DNA of 64,000 nucleotides from Spirochaetia bacterium (GCA_963662795.1 OY759746.1:224001-288000), one strand, 5' to 3'. Shown: positions 18,491-28,531, counted from the first letter of the stretch. Notes: a model not told the origin generated them from the letters alone. Program-made: numbers and translations.

Positions 18491-19561
18491 TTATCCTTTA
18501 ACACAAATATTCTGCATGATATGAAGTTTTTCAGGAGCAAAGTAAAGATAAATATCGCCATCAAGTATTGTCTGATATCCGGGATTATATTTATCGACAA
18601 CCAATGTAATTCCCAGTATGTCCACCCAGTATCTTACGATAGAGCCTTCAAAAATATTGTTAATAATTTTACCCTTTATAACATTTTTCCTCATGTCTTT
18701 TTTATCAACTATTTCTATCATTTCAGGTCTTATACATAATTTACCCGGACCATCTGAATATTTATCCTGAATGTCAAACTTAAAACCATTTATTCTGAAT
18801 TGACATCTTTGTCCTTCATGATTGACCTGGCCGTCTATAATATTACTTGTTCCAATGAAGCTTGCGGTAAAATCATCTGAAGGTGAAAAATAAATATTCT
18901 GGGATGAATCATACTGAAGAATCCTGCCATTATTCATAACTGCAATTTTATCAGAAAGAGCCAAAGCTTCACCCTGATCATGGGTAACATATACAGTTGT
19001 AATTCCAAGTTTTTTCTGAAGCTGTCTCAATTCCGCCCTTATGTTAATCCTTAATTTAGCATCCAGATTGGACAGAGGTTCATCAAGAAGCAGTACTTCC
19101 GGTTCCATAACAAGAGCTCTGGCTAATGCAACCCTCTGCTGCTGTCCCCCCGACAGCTGAGAAGGAAAACGGTCAAGAAGGTTTTCGATGTCAAGATATG
19201 AAATTGTTTTATCAAGACGCTGTTTAATTAACTTCGAATCCATTTTTTTTATTTCCAGGCCATAACAAATATTCTTTTTTATGCTAAGATGGGGGAAAAG
19301 AGCATAATCCTGAAACACCATAGTTGTATTCCTGAGATGTGTGGGAATATTATTAATTACATTTCCTCCAATCGAAATTGTTCCTTTTTCAATTTCATAA
19401 AATCCGGCAATAGTTCTCAGCAACGTTGTCTTACCGCACCCGGATGGTCCCAGAAAAGTTGTAAACAGTCCTTTATCGATCTCGAGATTTATATCATGTA
19501 AAACTTCGTTTTTTCCAAAAGATTTAAATAGATTCTGTATAACAAGATGTTTTTCAGCCAT
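18491..19561 (-). CDS. ABC transporter ATP-binding subunit (FbpC/AfuC/PotA type)
   Basis: GPSGCGKTT, LSGGQQQRVALARAL, DEPLSNLDAKLR. Confidence 0.93.
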   Translation of the reverse strand: MAEKHLVIQNLFKSFGKNEVLHDINLEIDKGLFTTFLGPSGCGKTTLLRTIAGFYEIEKGTISIGGNVINNIPTHLRNTTMVFQDYALFPHLSIKKNICYGLEIKKMDSKLIKQRLDKTISYLDIENLLDRFPSQLSGGQQQRVALARALVMEPEVLLLDEPLSNLDAKLRINIRAELRQLQKKLGITTVYVTHDQGEALALSDKIAVMNNGRILQYDSSQNIYFSPSDDFTASFIGTSNIIDGQVNHEGQRCQFRINGFKFDIQDKYSDGPGKLCIRPEMIEIVDKKDMRKNVIKGKIINNIFEGSIVRYWVDILGITLVVDKYNPGYQTILDGDIYLYFAPEKLHIMQNICVKG

Positions 19562-19577
19562 TTCCCACTCCAGTATT

Positions 19578-21185
19578 TTAATAAAATATTTCGATTTTTT
19601 TCCCTGCTATTTTTTGTCCGATTAATAGGATAATAAATGCCAGGAGAAGCAGAACCGTTGTAAGCGCTGCAGCTTTACCAAATAATCCGTCACTTACAAA
19701 ATTCATGATAGTAAAAGTTGCGACCTTATTCCTGGAAGTAGCCAGAAAAACAATCACACTTAATGTTGTAATTGATCTTATAAAGGAAACAATAAAAGCA
19801 GATATGAATGAGCTCTTAACAAGAGGTGCTTCGATCTGCCAGAATATTTTAAACTGATTCGCTCCAAGATTTGATGCTGCCTCGCTTAAAGAAACTGATA
19901 TCTGTTTAAATGAATTAAGCCCTGTCTGATATCCCATTGAAATATTCCAGAATATCATGGCTAAGATTACAATGAAGGCACTACCGTAAAGATCTACAGG
20001 ATATTTTGTGAATGAAATGGAATATCCTATGCCGATAAAAATTCCGGGAAGTGCTGCAGGCAGAATTGCAGAAAAATCAATGAATTTTGTCAGGATTCCT
20101 TTATTCCGGCTAACCAGATAAGCAGCTATTATGGCAAGTACTGCACTTATTACTCCTGCTGTCACTGAGTAGAATATACTGTTAAAAAGCTCCGGTCCAC
20201 GGTTTAAAACATCTAACATCCACTTACCGGTGAGAGACCAGTCATATCCCCAGCCTTTTACAAAAGCTCCAAGAAGTATTCCAAGGTATACAAGTAAAAT
20301 CATTATGGCAATAATTGAACAAAACGCAAAAAAAAGTATTTTAGCATAAACTGCAGTTGGTTTTTGCCTGATATTTACAATTTTACCGGTTATTGTTACA
20401 TAAGATCTTCTCTGTACCCAGAATCTCTGAAAAGCAAAAATTAATATTGAAGGAAGGAGAAGAAGAATTGAAATGACAGCAGCACCGGCAACATCGCCCC
20501 ATCCTTCTACACGCATCCAGGCCTCTGTGGCAAGTACGGAAAAATCCCCTGAAATCATTATCGGATTTCCAAAATCGGCCAGAACCAGAATTGATACAAG
20601 TAAAGCAGCTCCGGCAATTCCTGGAGTGGAAAGAGGCAGCGTTACAGTTTTAAACAATTTAAAGCCGTCCGCACCCAGATTTCGTCCGGCATATTCAACG
20701 CTTGGTGATATTGAGTTCAATACTCCTTCAATTGACATCGCAGCCACGGGGAAAAATGCAATAGTCTGTGACAGCCACAAGCCATGCCACCCCAGAATTG
20801 ATGCCCTTATTCCGAACAATTCATATGTGATAAGTCCATTATTTCCGAAAAGCATCAGATAACTGAATGCCACCATGAATGGAGGGGAAAAAAGAGGCAG
20901 TATGGAAATTATCTTGAAGTATTTTTTTAAAGGTATATCTGTTTTTACAATACTATAGGAATATATAAACCCAAAAAGCGTTGCAGTTAAAGTTGACAGG
21001 AACATTATAAAAACACTATTTAATGCTGATTTAATGTATCGCTTCTCACTAAATAATTTTATATAGTCTTTAATTTCAGGGAAAATAAATACATTTATAA
21101 AAGGATAAATAACAAAAACAGCAAGTATAAACGCAGTAAAAGTTAACATAAAAAGAAGTATTGGATCGCGAAAAATTTTCTTCAT
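19578..21185 (-). CDS. ABC transporter permease (FbpB/AfuB type, duplicated domain)
   Basis: Two EAA-like loops (EYAGRNLGA, EAASNLGA); LADFGNP. Confidence 0.9.
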   Translation of the reverse strand: MKKIFRDPILLFMLTFTAFILAVFVIYPFINVFIFPEIKDYIKLFSEKRYIKSALNSVFIMFLSTLTATLFGFIYSYSIVKTDIPLKKYFKIISILPLFSPPFMVAFSYLMLFGNNGLITYELFGIRASILGWHGLWLSQTIAFFPVAAMSIEGVLNSISPSVEYAGRNLGADGFKLFKTVTLPLSTPGIAGAALLVSILVLADFGNPIMISGDFSVLATEAWMRVEGWGDVAGAAVISILLLLPSILIFAFQRFWVQRRSYVTITGKIVNIRQKPTAVYAKILFFAFCSIIAIMILLVYLGILLGAFVKGWGYDWSLTGKWMLDVLNRGPELFNSIFYSVTAGVISAVLAIIAAYLVSRNKGILTKFIDFSAILPAALPGIFIGIGYSISFTKYPVDLYGSAFIVILAMIFWNISMGYQTGLNSFKQISVSLSEAASNLGANQFKIFWQIEAPLVKSSFISAFIVSFIRSITTLSVIVFLATSRNKVATFTIMNFVSDGLFGKAAALTTVLLLLAFIILLIGQKIAGKKIEIFY

Positions 21186-21248
21186 AACCGGCTCCGATGC
21201 ATTATAGTTAAGGCAGAAGATTTGCCTCTGCCTTAATCAAGTAACAAA

Positions 21249-22280
21249 CTATTTACCTGTGATTTCCGCCCATTTTTTCTTCCATATGTCAATATTTTCT
21301 GCAGCAGCGACAAGGTCCCACTTTGCCAGACTTAATTCTTCAAATGCCGGAACTCCTGAAGGAAGTTCAACACCGCTTCTTACCGGATACCTGTATCCGT
21401 TTTCAGCATTAATTTTACCGGCTTCTTTTGAAAGGAGAAAATCGATGAATTTTTTAGCATTTTCAAGATTAGGAGCACCTTTTATTATGGATGCAGCACC
21501 TATTTCAAAACCTGTATCTTTTGGAAAAACCACTGTAATAGGAAGATTACCCTGTATTTTTTGTTTCAAAGTATCATGACCCCATGCAAAACCTACAATA
21601 GCTTCTCCCTGGCTTACCAGCGGAATTGAACCATTGGCTCCTTTTGTATATTGTGCAACATTTTGATGCATTTGCCTGATAAATTCAAAACCCTTCTCTT
21701 CGCTGTTTAATCTGAAAATCTGGGCTGCCATCATCAGATATGCCCCACCTGTAGTTGCAGGATTGGAAGCAATTATTTCCCCCTTGTATACCGGATTGAG
21801 CAGATCATCCCATGTATTTGGGGCTTTTATCCCTTTTACAGCAATTTCTTTTTCAAATCTTTCGGTATTATAAATCATGCAAAGAGCTCCAAGATACCAT
21901 CCAGTCCAATAGTTTGATTTATCCATAAAATCCTTAGAAATACCCGCTTCTTTAATAACAGGGGATTTATAAGATTCAAGAAGATTATTGCTTGCAAGAT
22001 CTGAATGATAGTTTGAATTACCGCCTATAAAAACATCAGCTCTTGACGAACCAGCTTCTGTCTTGATTCTACCGGTTATGCTCCCCGCCTGTTCAATCTG
22101 AAGAGCAAGATCAGCCTTTATACCGGTTTGTTTTTCAAAAGCAGCACATAGATCTTTTGCGGTCTTTTCATCAAGCGCAGCATATACAATCACATTGCGT
22201 CTTTGCTCTTCTTTTTTTCCTCCTGCGAATAATGATGCAGTTGTTACAGCAATAAGCAGAATTAAAAAAACTTTCTTCAT
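21249..22280 (-). CDS. ABC transporter substrate-binding protein (AfuA/FbpA-like; sugar-phosphate/phosphoester class)
   Basis: Signal ...LFAGGKKE; ADVFIGG; PNTWDDLLNP.YKGEI...NPATTGGAY; GTGFEIG-like; AKKFIDFLLS. Confidence 0.85.
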   Translation of the reverse strand: MKKVFLILLIAVTTASLFAGGKKEEQRRNVIVYAALDEKTAKDLCAAFEKQTGIKADLALQIEQAGSITGRIKTEAGSSRADVFIGGNSNYHSDLASNNLLESYKSPVIKEAGISKDFMDKSNYWTGWYLGALCMIYNTERFEKEIAVKGIKAPNTWDDLLNPVYKGEIIASNPATTGGAYLMMAAQIFRLNSEEKGFEFIRQMHQNVAQYTKGANGSIPLVSQGEAIVGFAWGHDTLKQKIQGNLPITVVFPKDTGFEIGAASIIKGAPNLENAKKFIDFLLSKEAGKINAENGYRYPVRSGVELPSGVPAFEELSLAKWDLVAAAENIDIWKKKWAEITGK

Positions 22281-22362
22281 AAAATCATCTCCTTTTAATA
22301 TTTTTAAAAAGCCAATACAGTTTTCTGTAAAAGACTTTTGATTTCATCTTCGAATTATTTTT

Positions 22363-23361
22363 TTAATTAGTTCTTTCAATACATGATTTCCTTATGATAA
22401 GTTCAGTGGGAAGAATCACTTCTTTTGAGACAGAATTATCTTTATTTATCATTAATAGTATATTCTGCATGGCGATTTTACCGATTTCATACATTGGCTG
22501 CCTTACGGTAGTAAGTGGCGGCCACAAATATTCAGAAAAAAAAGTATCATCAAAACCCGCAACCGATACCATTTCGGGAACTTTAATGTTATTTTCATTC
22601 AGAAAATGAAGAACACCCATTGCACTGTTGTCATTTGCCGCAAATACCGCATCAAAGTCATTGTTACTCAGATATTCTTTTGCAATCTGGTATGCTTTTT
22701 CCTTGGAAAAATCTCCTGCGGTCTCAATAAGATTTTTCAAATCAAATCCACATTCCGCAAGTCCCATTCTGAATCCATATTTTCTGTCATTGGAGTCGAT
22801 ATTGTCTTCTCTGCCTGAAATAAATAATATTTTTTTGTAATTATTACCTGCAAAATAATGGGCCATTTTTCTGGCACCGCCGACATTATCAACAATTACG
22901 GAAGGAGATCTGCTATCACTGAAAGGTTTACCGATAAAAATAACCGGAATATTTGTCCTGGATATTTTTTTTAACAGCACATTGATTTTCTCATAGGCGC
23001 TTGAATGCCGGATAATAAATCCGTCTACCATATTTGAATCCACAAGGTCATAAGCCAGATCAATTTTGGAAATTGATTTAATTATTGTATGATAATAAAC
23101 ATCCTGGGAAACATCAGTTATTCCTCTTAAAAGATTTGTATAATATGGAGAAGTCACATCCGGAAGTAAAACGGCAACAGCATTTTTCCTGCCATTTGAA
23201 AGTGCTCTTGCCACCATATTGGGTTTATACCCAAGCCTTTTCATTGATTCTTTAATCTTTCCCACAGTTTCGGGTTTAACCTGAGATTCGTTATTTATAA
23301 CTCTTGAAACAGTTGCTCTTGAAAATCCGGAATCAAGTGCAACATCCTCCAGTCTTACCAT
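22363..23361 (-). CDS. LacI family transcriptional regulator
   Basis: LEDVALDSGFSRATVSRVIN HTH; YKPN..ARAL; GFDD; PLTTVRQP. Confidence 0.95.
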   Translation of the reverse strand: MVRLEDVALDSGFSRATVSRVINNESQVKPETVGKIKESMKRLGYKPNMVARALSNGRKNAVAVLLPDVTSPYYTNLLRGITDVSQDVYYHTIIKSISKIDLAYDLVDSNMVDGFIIRHSSAYEKINVLLKKISRTNIPVIFIGKPFSDSRSPSVIVDNVGGARKMAHYFAGNNYKKILFISGREDNIDSNDRKYGFRMGLAECGFDLKNLIETAGDFSKEKAYQIAKEYLSNNDFDAVFAANDNSAMGVLHFLNENNIKVPEMVSVAGFDDTFFSEYLWPPLTTVRQPMYEIGKIAMQNILLMINKDNSVSKEVILPTELIIRKSCIERTN

Positions 23362-23377
23362 ATCTTTTCAAAACTCC

Positions 23378-23510
23378 AATGAAAGCGCTCTCATTTCATG
23401 GTATCATTGAGTTTTATAACCGTCAACATTTTTTTATAAAATTAATAATTCCTTTTATTATCTTTATTTATATAAAGGTATAATTTATTTAAAATGATAG
23501 CGCTCTATTT
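23378..23510 (-). promoter_or_regulatory. Promoter (TTGACG-17-TACCAT) with two LacI-type operators
   Basis: AATGAAAGCGCTCTCATT (23378-23395) and AATGATAGCGCTCTATTT (23493-23510), both with the central AGCGCT dyad; -35 at 23421-23426. Confidence 0.78.
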
Positions 23511-23773
23511 TTTGTTATAATATGAAACTTTATAATGTCTACAAAGTCCTCAGTAGTATCTATTTCAATTGAAATAGTTGGGAAAAAATACAGAAAAATA
23601 AAGATTACCTGGTGTGGGCAGGAAAGTTCACACAACCGTTAAAACGCAAACTGCCGGGGAAATTACGGGTAACTGCTTATATATGATAAATAAGTCATTG
23701 AAAAATTGATATCGGCTTCTTATGTTTTTTAAGCATCTTACATTGGCAGTTAATTTGTTGTATAATCCGCATA

Positions 23774-24322
23774 ATGGAAATCAAACTTTTTGACAAATGG
23801 TGGCTGCAGCTGCTGAAAGGGATTTTTTTCGTTACAGGCGGAATACTTATCCTGAATCTGGGTCCTTATAAATATCTGATAAACCCCCTTTTTGCCGGAA
23901 TATTTCTTATGGTTTTCGGTATTCTTGATATTTTTACGTCACTTTCCAACCGCACCCTGAATTACGCATGGCAATGGCTCCTTGCAGAGGGGCTTCAATA
24001 CCTCTTCTTCGGCCTTATTCTTATGATGAAACAGGATATTACCTTTTCCATTATTCAGCTTCTTTTTGGAATTCTTGCGATGTTCACCGGCATACTCCAC
24101 TTTTCAGCGTCCATAAACTTCAGAAACGCCGGTGTCAGAAGATGGTTTGCCGCAACTTTTAACGGCCTTGTAGCAGCCGCTTTAAGCATTGTCATCATTT
24201 TCTATCCGGAAAGCGAGCAGAATATCAGTGCAATTATAATCGCAGCTTACATAATTGCTGAAGGAGTTCTTGTAATGCTTAACGCGCTTCTCCTCGAACA
24301 GGTGGCATTTGATTATTCCTGA
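23774..24322 (+). CDS. HdeD/DUF308 family membrane protein
   Basis: KWWLQLLKGIF..GGILIL, six TM segments; TATAAT 7 nt upstream of ATG (likely leaderless). Confidence 0.78.
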   Translation: MEIKLFDKWWLQLLKGIFFVTGGILILNLGPYKYLINPLFAGIFLMVFGILDIFTSLSNRTLNYAWQWLLAEGLQYLFFGLILMMKQDITFSIIQLLFGILAMFTGILHFSASINFRNAGVRRWFAATFNGLVAAALSIVIIFYPESEQNISAIIIAAYIIAEGVLVMLNALLLEQVAFDYS

Positions 24323-25538
24323 AACCAGAGGCACAATCCCCTCTTCTTCCATAAAAAAATCAGCAATCCCTTTTTTTACGGCAGTTCTTCTGGCTTTCCT
24401 GCCTGAACTGTTTTTAACACCGGTTTGTTCCTTTTCAGAGTCCTTTTCAGAGTCCTTTTCAGAGTCCTTTGCAGAGTCTTTTACCGCTCCTGCTTCTGAC
24501 GGCAATCATTACCTTAAGGAATTCTCTTCCCCTGCAGATGAATGGGGAAACGGAGTAGAGGCCGTAATCGAGGAAGCCTACAGGGCATGTTTTAAAACAT
24601 ACATTATAGACGGGCGGGTGATCACAGTCCGCATGCCGTTTGCAGAGAATAATGAAAGGGCACAGCTTATCGACGGGGAACTGATCGTAAACGGCGGAGG
24701 CAAGGCAGATGCAGAACAGCTGTGGATTGAAGCTGATGAACTGCTGAAATCTGAAGATTTCAAGTCATACGCTGCAGTTCTTGGAGACGGACGCGAAAAA
24801 CTGATTACCCTTGATCTTGATTCACGAAGCTGGTCTGTTTCCAGGGATTTGTTCTCTGTCGCCAGGATGAAAGCGGACGCATATCCCGGCCTTCCTCATC
24901 AGCCTTTGATCTACTCAGACGGAAAAGGCATAAGGGAATCAGATGTCTACAACTACCTCTACTGTATGGGGCGGCTCGGGATGGACTGTTCAGGTTTTGT
25001 CTGGCAGGTGCTTTCGACTGTAGCAAAGCGCAGCCGCATCAATCTTGCCAGAGCGCTCACCCCATCGCTTCACGCACCGGGGCCTTCATATGCGCCGCTT
25101 TATTTCGGAACATGGTACTTCAGGACAAGAAAGAGGGAAGCGCCCGATGTTCCTGACATAATAAAAAACCTTAAGCCTCTTGATCTTATCCTTTTCCGGG
25201 GAGAAAAAGGTGAAATAGTACATTCCACCGTTATCCAGTCGATAGACAGAAAAGCCGGTATCATACGCTACCTGCAGAGTACAGATGAGGCTCCAATGAA
25301 TGAAAGAGGTGTCCATGAATCATTTATCCATTTCAATCCTGAAAATGATAATGTGAGCCTCAAAAACCCTTCCCTCATCTGGACACAGAAAAGGCTGCCT
25401 CCCTTCGATGGGGAACGCCCTTCGTCATTTACAGATGACGGTGACCGTTACCGTGCGTTTAGTGAATATGGAGGGGGAAAAGTAGTAAGGATCAAAGCGC
25501 TGTCAGGCCAGTTGAAATTTACTGATATAAAAAAATAA
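24309..25538 (+). CDS. Secreted NlpC/P60-like (putative peptidoglycan) cysteine peptidase
   Basis: GMDCSGFVWQV catalytic-Cys motif; LKPLDLILF..IVHSTV histidine motif; hydrophobic N-terminus. Confidence 0.65.
   Translation: MIIPETRGTIPSSSIKKSAIPFFTAVLLAFLPELFLTPVCSFSESFSESFSESFAESFTAPASDGNHYLKEFSSPADEWGNGVEAVIEEAYRACFKTYIIDGRVITVRMPFAENNERAQLIDGELIVNGGGKADAEQLWIEADELLKSEDFKSYAAVLGDGREKLITLDLDSRSWSVSRDLFSVARMKADAYPGLPHQPLIYSDGKGIRESDVYNYLYCMGRLGMDCSGFVWQVLSTVAKRSRINLARALTPSLHAPGPSYAPLYFGTWYFRTRKREAPDVPDIIKNLKPLDLILFRGEKGEIVHSTVIQSIDRKAGIIRYLQSTDEAPMNERGVHESFIHFNPENDNVSLKNPSLIWTQKRLPPFDGERPSSFTDDGDRYRAFSEYGGGKVVRIKALSGQLKFTDIKK
24429..24483 (+). repeat. In-frame 12-bp tandem repeat (TCCTTTTCAGAG x4.5)
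   Basis: Three exact copies, then TCCTTTGCAGAG and a partial copy; encodes SFSE-SFSE-SFSE-SFAE-SFT. Confidence 0.92.
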
Positions 25539-25542
25539 TCTT

Positions 25543-27765
25543 TTATTGCCTGCGGCGGAGGCAGAAAAAATATTTCCTGCTTTTATCAATTTCCGGAATA
25601 ATCCTGTCAAGTTTTACTGCCTCAAACCCTTCACAGATATTTGTTGCGACGTCTTCGGTAATGAGTATCCGGCATTTGTAGCGCTCTCCCAATCCGGAAA
25701 GGATGCCGGCGCGGGCAGGCACATCGCCTGATGCTATATATTCGGGCAGACCGTCAATATCATCGCTGCCGAATCCGCATAATCCCGTATCAATACCGAC
25801 ACTGACGGCGCCTGCTTTATAAACTATTCCTGCATTTTTAAAGCTTTCCTCCAGTTTATCTTCCTCTTCCAGAACAGCCGCAGCGGCAAGTTCCGCCTGT
25901 ATCCTGTGGCCTTTGCCCGGTATCCGTCCTCCGAATGAAGCAAATATTACTTCTCCTTCCAGAGCATAGAGAAAGGCCCCATTTTCCCTGAGTACGGCAC
26001 CGATTGTTTCGTGGTAAATATGCAGAGCTGATATTATTTTATTTCCGGCAGATGAGTCAGGAGACCATGTTATTCCGTTCAGCCGGAACCGCACTGCTAT
26101 AATACTTGCTTCTATTTTTTCTCCTTCAGGAGGATTTGATTCGGGAGTCGGATGCAATGACGGATATTTTGACAACTGCAGTAATACAGATGATTGCCGG
26201 GATATGCTCTCATTAATCCTGTAGGCGCTGATCGAGCCGGTAAAAACCGAAACAATCGCTGCTGCTGCCGCGCTTCCTGCTGCAAGGAGAGGATTAAACC
26301 ATATACCGGTGTGAACAAAAAAAAGTGATGCTGCCGCAGCTGAAAGAATAACCGCGGCAATTCCGGCAAATGCAGCTGAAACCGGAGCAAGAGCTGCCAA
26401 TATCAGGGAAACAAAAACTGCAAGGAGTCCTGAAACCAGAAATGCTTCAAGTGAGGGGAAAATACTGAAAAAATGCCCTGAAAGGAGAGCATCCGCAAGT
26501 CCTGCGGCAGCCCTGACACGGGATACCGGATCCTTCAGTTCAGGAGCAATGATGCAGATTGATGATTGTATCTCCCTTTCCAGAGTATCCCTCAACTTAA
26601 GGAGCTCACCAAAAGTCTTCCCTGCACGGTCGAAGGAGCTGCGTGCAGCGTTTTTTAAGGCAAGAATGTTTCTTTTCCCTTCCGGTGTAAGAGTGGATGA
26701 CTCAAGCAGCAGAGAATAACCGTCATCAATTTTTTTCTCTGCAATTCCTGACAGAAAACCGGCTGTAATCCGGTAAAACTGTTTTCTGAGTCTCCGCCAA
26801 TCTTCAGTATCAATACTGCCGGGCTTTCTTGAAAACTCATAGAGAGCCAATGGCGACATGGCCTCTCCTGACCAGGAGAGGTACCCGGCCTGTTCCATTG
26901 CCTTAATTTCATTAAACAGTTCAGCTTCAAGGATTGAATGCCTTACAAGAAGATTTAAGGAAATACGGCGGAATGAGCTTTCCGGGGTTCCTTTCGGGAA
27001 TTCAGGGAGTATTGCCCCTCTTTTATCAAGCGGGATCACTATATCGCTTTCATTTTTTCCGTCAGGAAAAGCTTTATGCAATACCAGAAAACCCGGGGAC
27101 TCTTCTACGGCAGGATTGCCAAGCCTGACAAGGACAGCCTGTAAAACAGCATGCACAAGAGGATCTGATATTTCAGGAAGCTCAAGGCGCTCAAGAGAGG
27201 GCCTTATAAAGCGCAGACTGGAATCGAGGGGACTTTCTGCATGATATATATGCCTGTACATCATCCTGTCAGGTACACTGCTGCCGGATGCTTCCATTAG
27301 ACGTATTTTGCTTTTATCCGTAAGGGAGAGTATATCATCCACAAAGGATGCCGTGTCTTTCGGCCGCACGGAACCGAGACGGATTGCATTAAACAGCGTT
27401 TTGATATTGTCTTTTATTAAAGTGAATTCCCGTTCAAATGAATCACGAAGCTTATCATTTAAATCCGAATAGAGCAGATTGCCCTTTTCTACCGCAGAAT
27501 CAAGAACAACTGCCTGTGCCTTCATCTCCGTAAGTATCATCAGTCCTTCGGAAATAGTTTCACTGTCCCAGGGAAGGCTGCCTGCTGCTGCTGCAGATTC
27601 TTCGTCAGCTTCAAGCAGGAGTATTTCGCTGCTCGGCACTATTTCCGGCCGCTTCTTTTCCAAAGCATGAAACAGGGGCCCTTCCGCAGAAGAGAAATAT
27701 CCTGAAAAAGATAATATGGAAAAGAATATACCGAATGCGGCAGAGATAAGGATGCGTGTTATCAT
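25543..27765 (-). CDS. CHASE2-domain membrane protein with degenerate class III adenylate/guanylate cyclase domain
   Basis: ILLLEADEES..GSLPW (CHASE2 N-terminus), three TMs, cyclase-like C-terminus (VGIDTG, ILITEDV); alternative start 27792. Confidence 0.7.
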   Translation of the reverse strand: MITRILISAAFGIFFSILSFSGYFSSAEGPLFHALEKKRPEIVPSSEILLLEADEESAAAAGSLPWDSETISEGLMILTEMKAQAVVLDSAVEKGNLLYSDLNDKLRDSFEREFTLIKDNIKTLFNAIRLGSVRPKDTASFVDDILSLTDKSKIRLMEASGSSVPDRMMYRHIYHAESPLDSSLRFIRPSLERLELPEISDPLVHAVLQAVLVRLGNPAVEESPGFLVLHKAFPDGKNESDIVIPLDKRGAILPEFPKGTPESSFRRISLNLLVRHSILEAELFNEIKAMEQAGYLSWSGEAMSPLALYEFSRKPGSIDTEDWRRLRKQFYRITAGFLSGIAEKKIDDGYSLLLESSTLTPEGKRNILALKNAARSSFDRAGKTFGELLKLRDTLEREIQSSICIIAPELKDPVSRVRAAAGLADALLSGHFFSIFPSLEAFLVSGLLAVFVSLILAALAPVSAAFAGIAAVILSAAAASLFFVHTGIWFNPLLAAGSAAAAAIVSVFTGSISAYRINESISRQSSVLLQLSKYPSLHPTPESNPPEGEKIEASIIAVRFRLNGITWSPDSSAGNKIISALHIYHETIGAVLRENGAFLYALEGEVIFASFGGRIPGKGHRIQAELAAAAVLEEEDKLEESFKNAGIVYKAGAVSVGIDTGLCGFGSDDIDGLPEYIASGDVPARAGILSGLGERYKCRILITEDVATNICEGFEAVKLDRIIPEIDKSRKYFFCLRRRQ

Positions 27766-27865
27766 ATCGCTTCTTGATTTAATATAATACATACTATTGA
27801 ATTCGGAGTATTAATTGCCGAAAATTAAATATATAAGTATATTAGCTGCAATTGGAGGATATTTC

Positions 27866-28453
27866 ATGAAAACAATAAAATTGCTGACCTTAATTATAAT
27901 ATCTCTTACTCTGATCCTGGCTCTTGGATCCTGCGCAAAACCGCCGACAGCAGAAGCTGATGCGGCCAGGGCTTCTGTTGCCGCAGCAGAGAGTAATCCG
28001 GATGTTCCCATGTACGCAGCAAATACCCTTTCGCGTGCCAAAGATTCACTTTCCAGGATGCAGAATGAGCTTGATGCAAAAAAGTACGATTCTGCAAAAA
28101 CGCTTGCACTTGAAACAGTGAAGATTGCTGATGAAGCTGCAGCAGAGGCAAAAACTGCAAAAGAAAGGGTTAAATCCTCCGCCTCTTCCGTGTTTGATTC
28201 ATTGAAGAAAAACATTGCAGAAACAGAAAAAGCCCTTGCAGCTGCAAAAAAAACACGCGGAATCAAGCTTGATTTTACAGCAGCTGCTGCAGAACTTGGA
28301 GAAGTAAAAAAAATAATGGATTCAGCAGGAAGCGACTTTAATTCAGGCGCTTTTAAAGCTTCTCTTGAAAAAGGAGAATCCGCACAGTCAAGGCTCACAG
28401 CTTTAAACAGACTGATCTCTGACGCAGTACGGGACGCATCAAAAAAGAAATAG
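27866..28453 (+). CDS. Ala/Lys-rich helical lipoprotein (DUF4398-like)
   Basis: SD GGAGG; spirochaetal lipobox LALGSC-AKPP. Confidence 0.75.
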   Translation: MKTIKLLTLIIISLTLILALGSCAKPPTAEADAARASVAAAESNPDVPMYAANTLSRAKDSLSRMQNELDAKKYDSAKTLALETVKIADEAAAEAKTAKERVKSSASSVFDSLKKNIAETEKALAAAKKTRGIKLDFTAAAAELGEVKKIMDSAGSDFNSGAFKASLEKGESAQSRLTALNRLISDAVRDASKKK

Positions 28454-28479
28454 CAGGACAACAACGTTATTTCAGGTTG

Positions 28480-28531
28480 AAAGCCGGTAAGAACAGTTCT
28501 CCTTTAGGAGATGGCCAATTTACCGGCTTTT
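28480..28531. terminator. Bidirectional hairpin between convergent genes
   Basis: AAGCCGGTAA...TTACCGGCTT with inner TCTCCT/AGGAGA stem. Confidence 0.65.

Noticed and set aside
17700-23700. Integrative element or transposon around the AT-rich module
   Set aside because: No integrase or transposase, tRNA target or flanking direct repeats found
27811-28464. 217-aa minus-strand ORF
   Set aside because: Antisense shadow of the Ala/Lys-rich lipoprotein, which has the SD and lipobox
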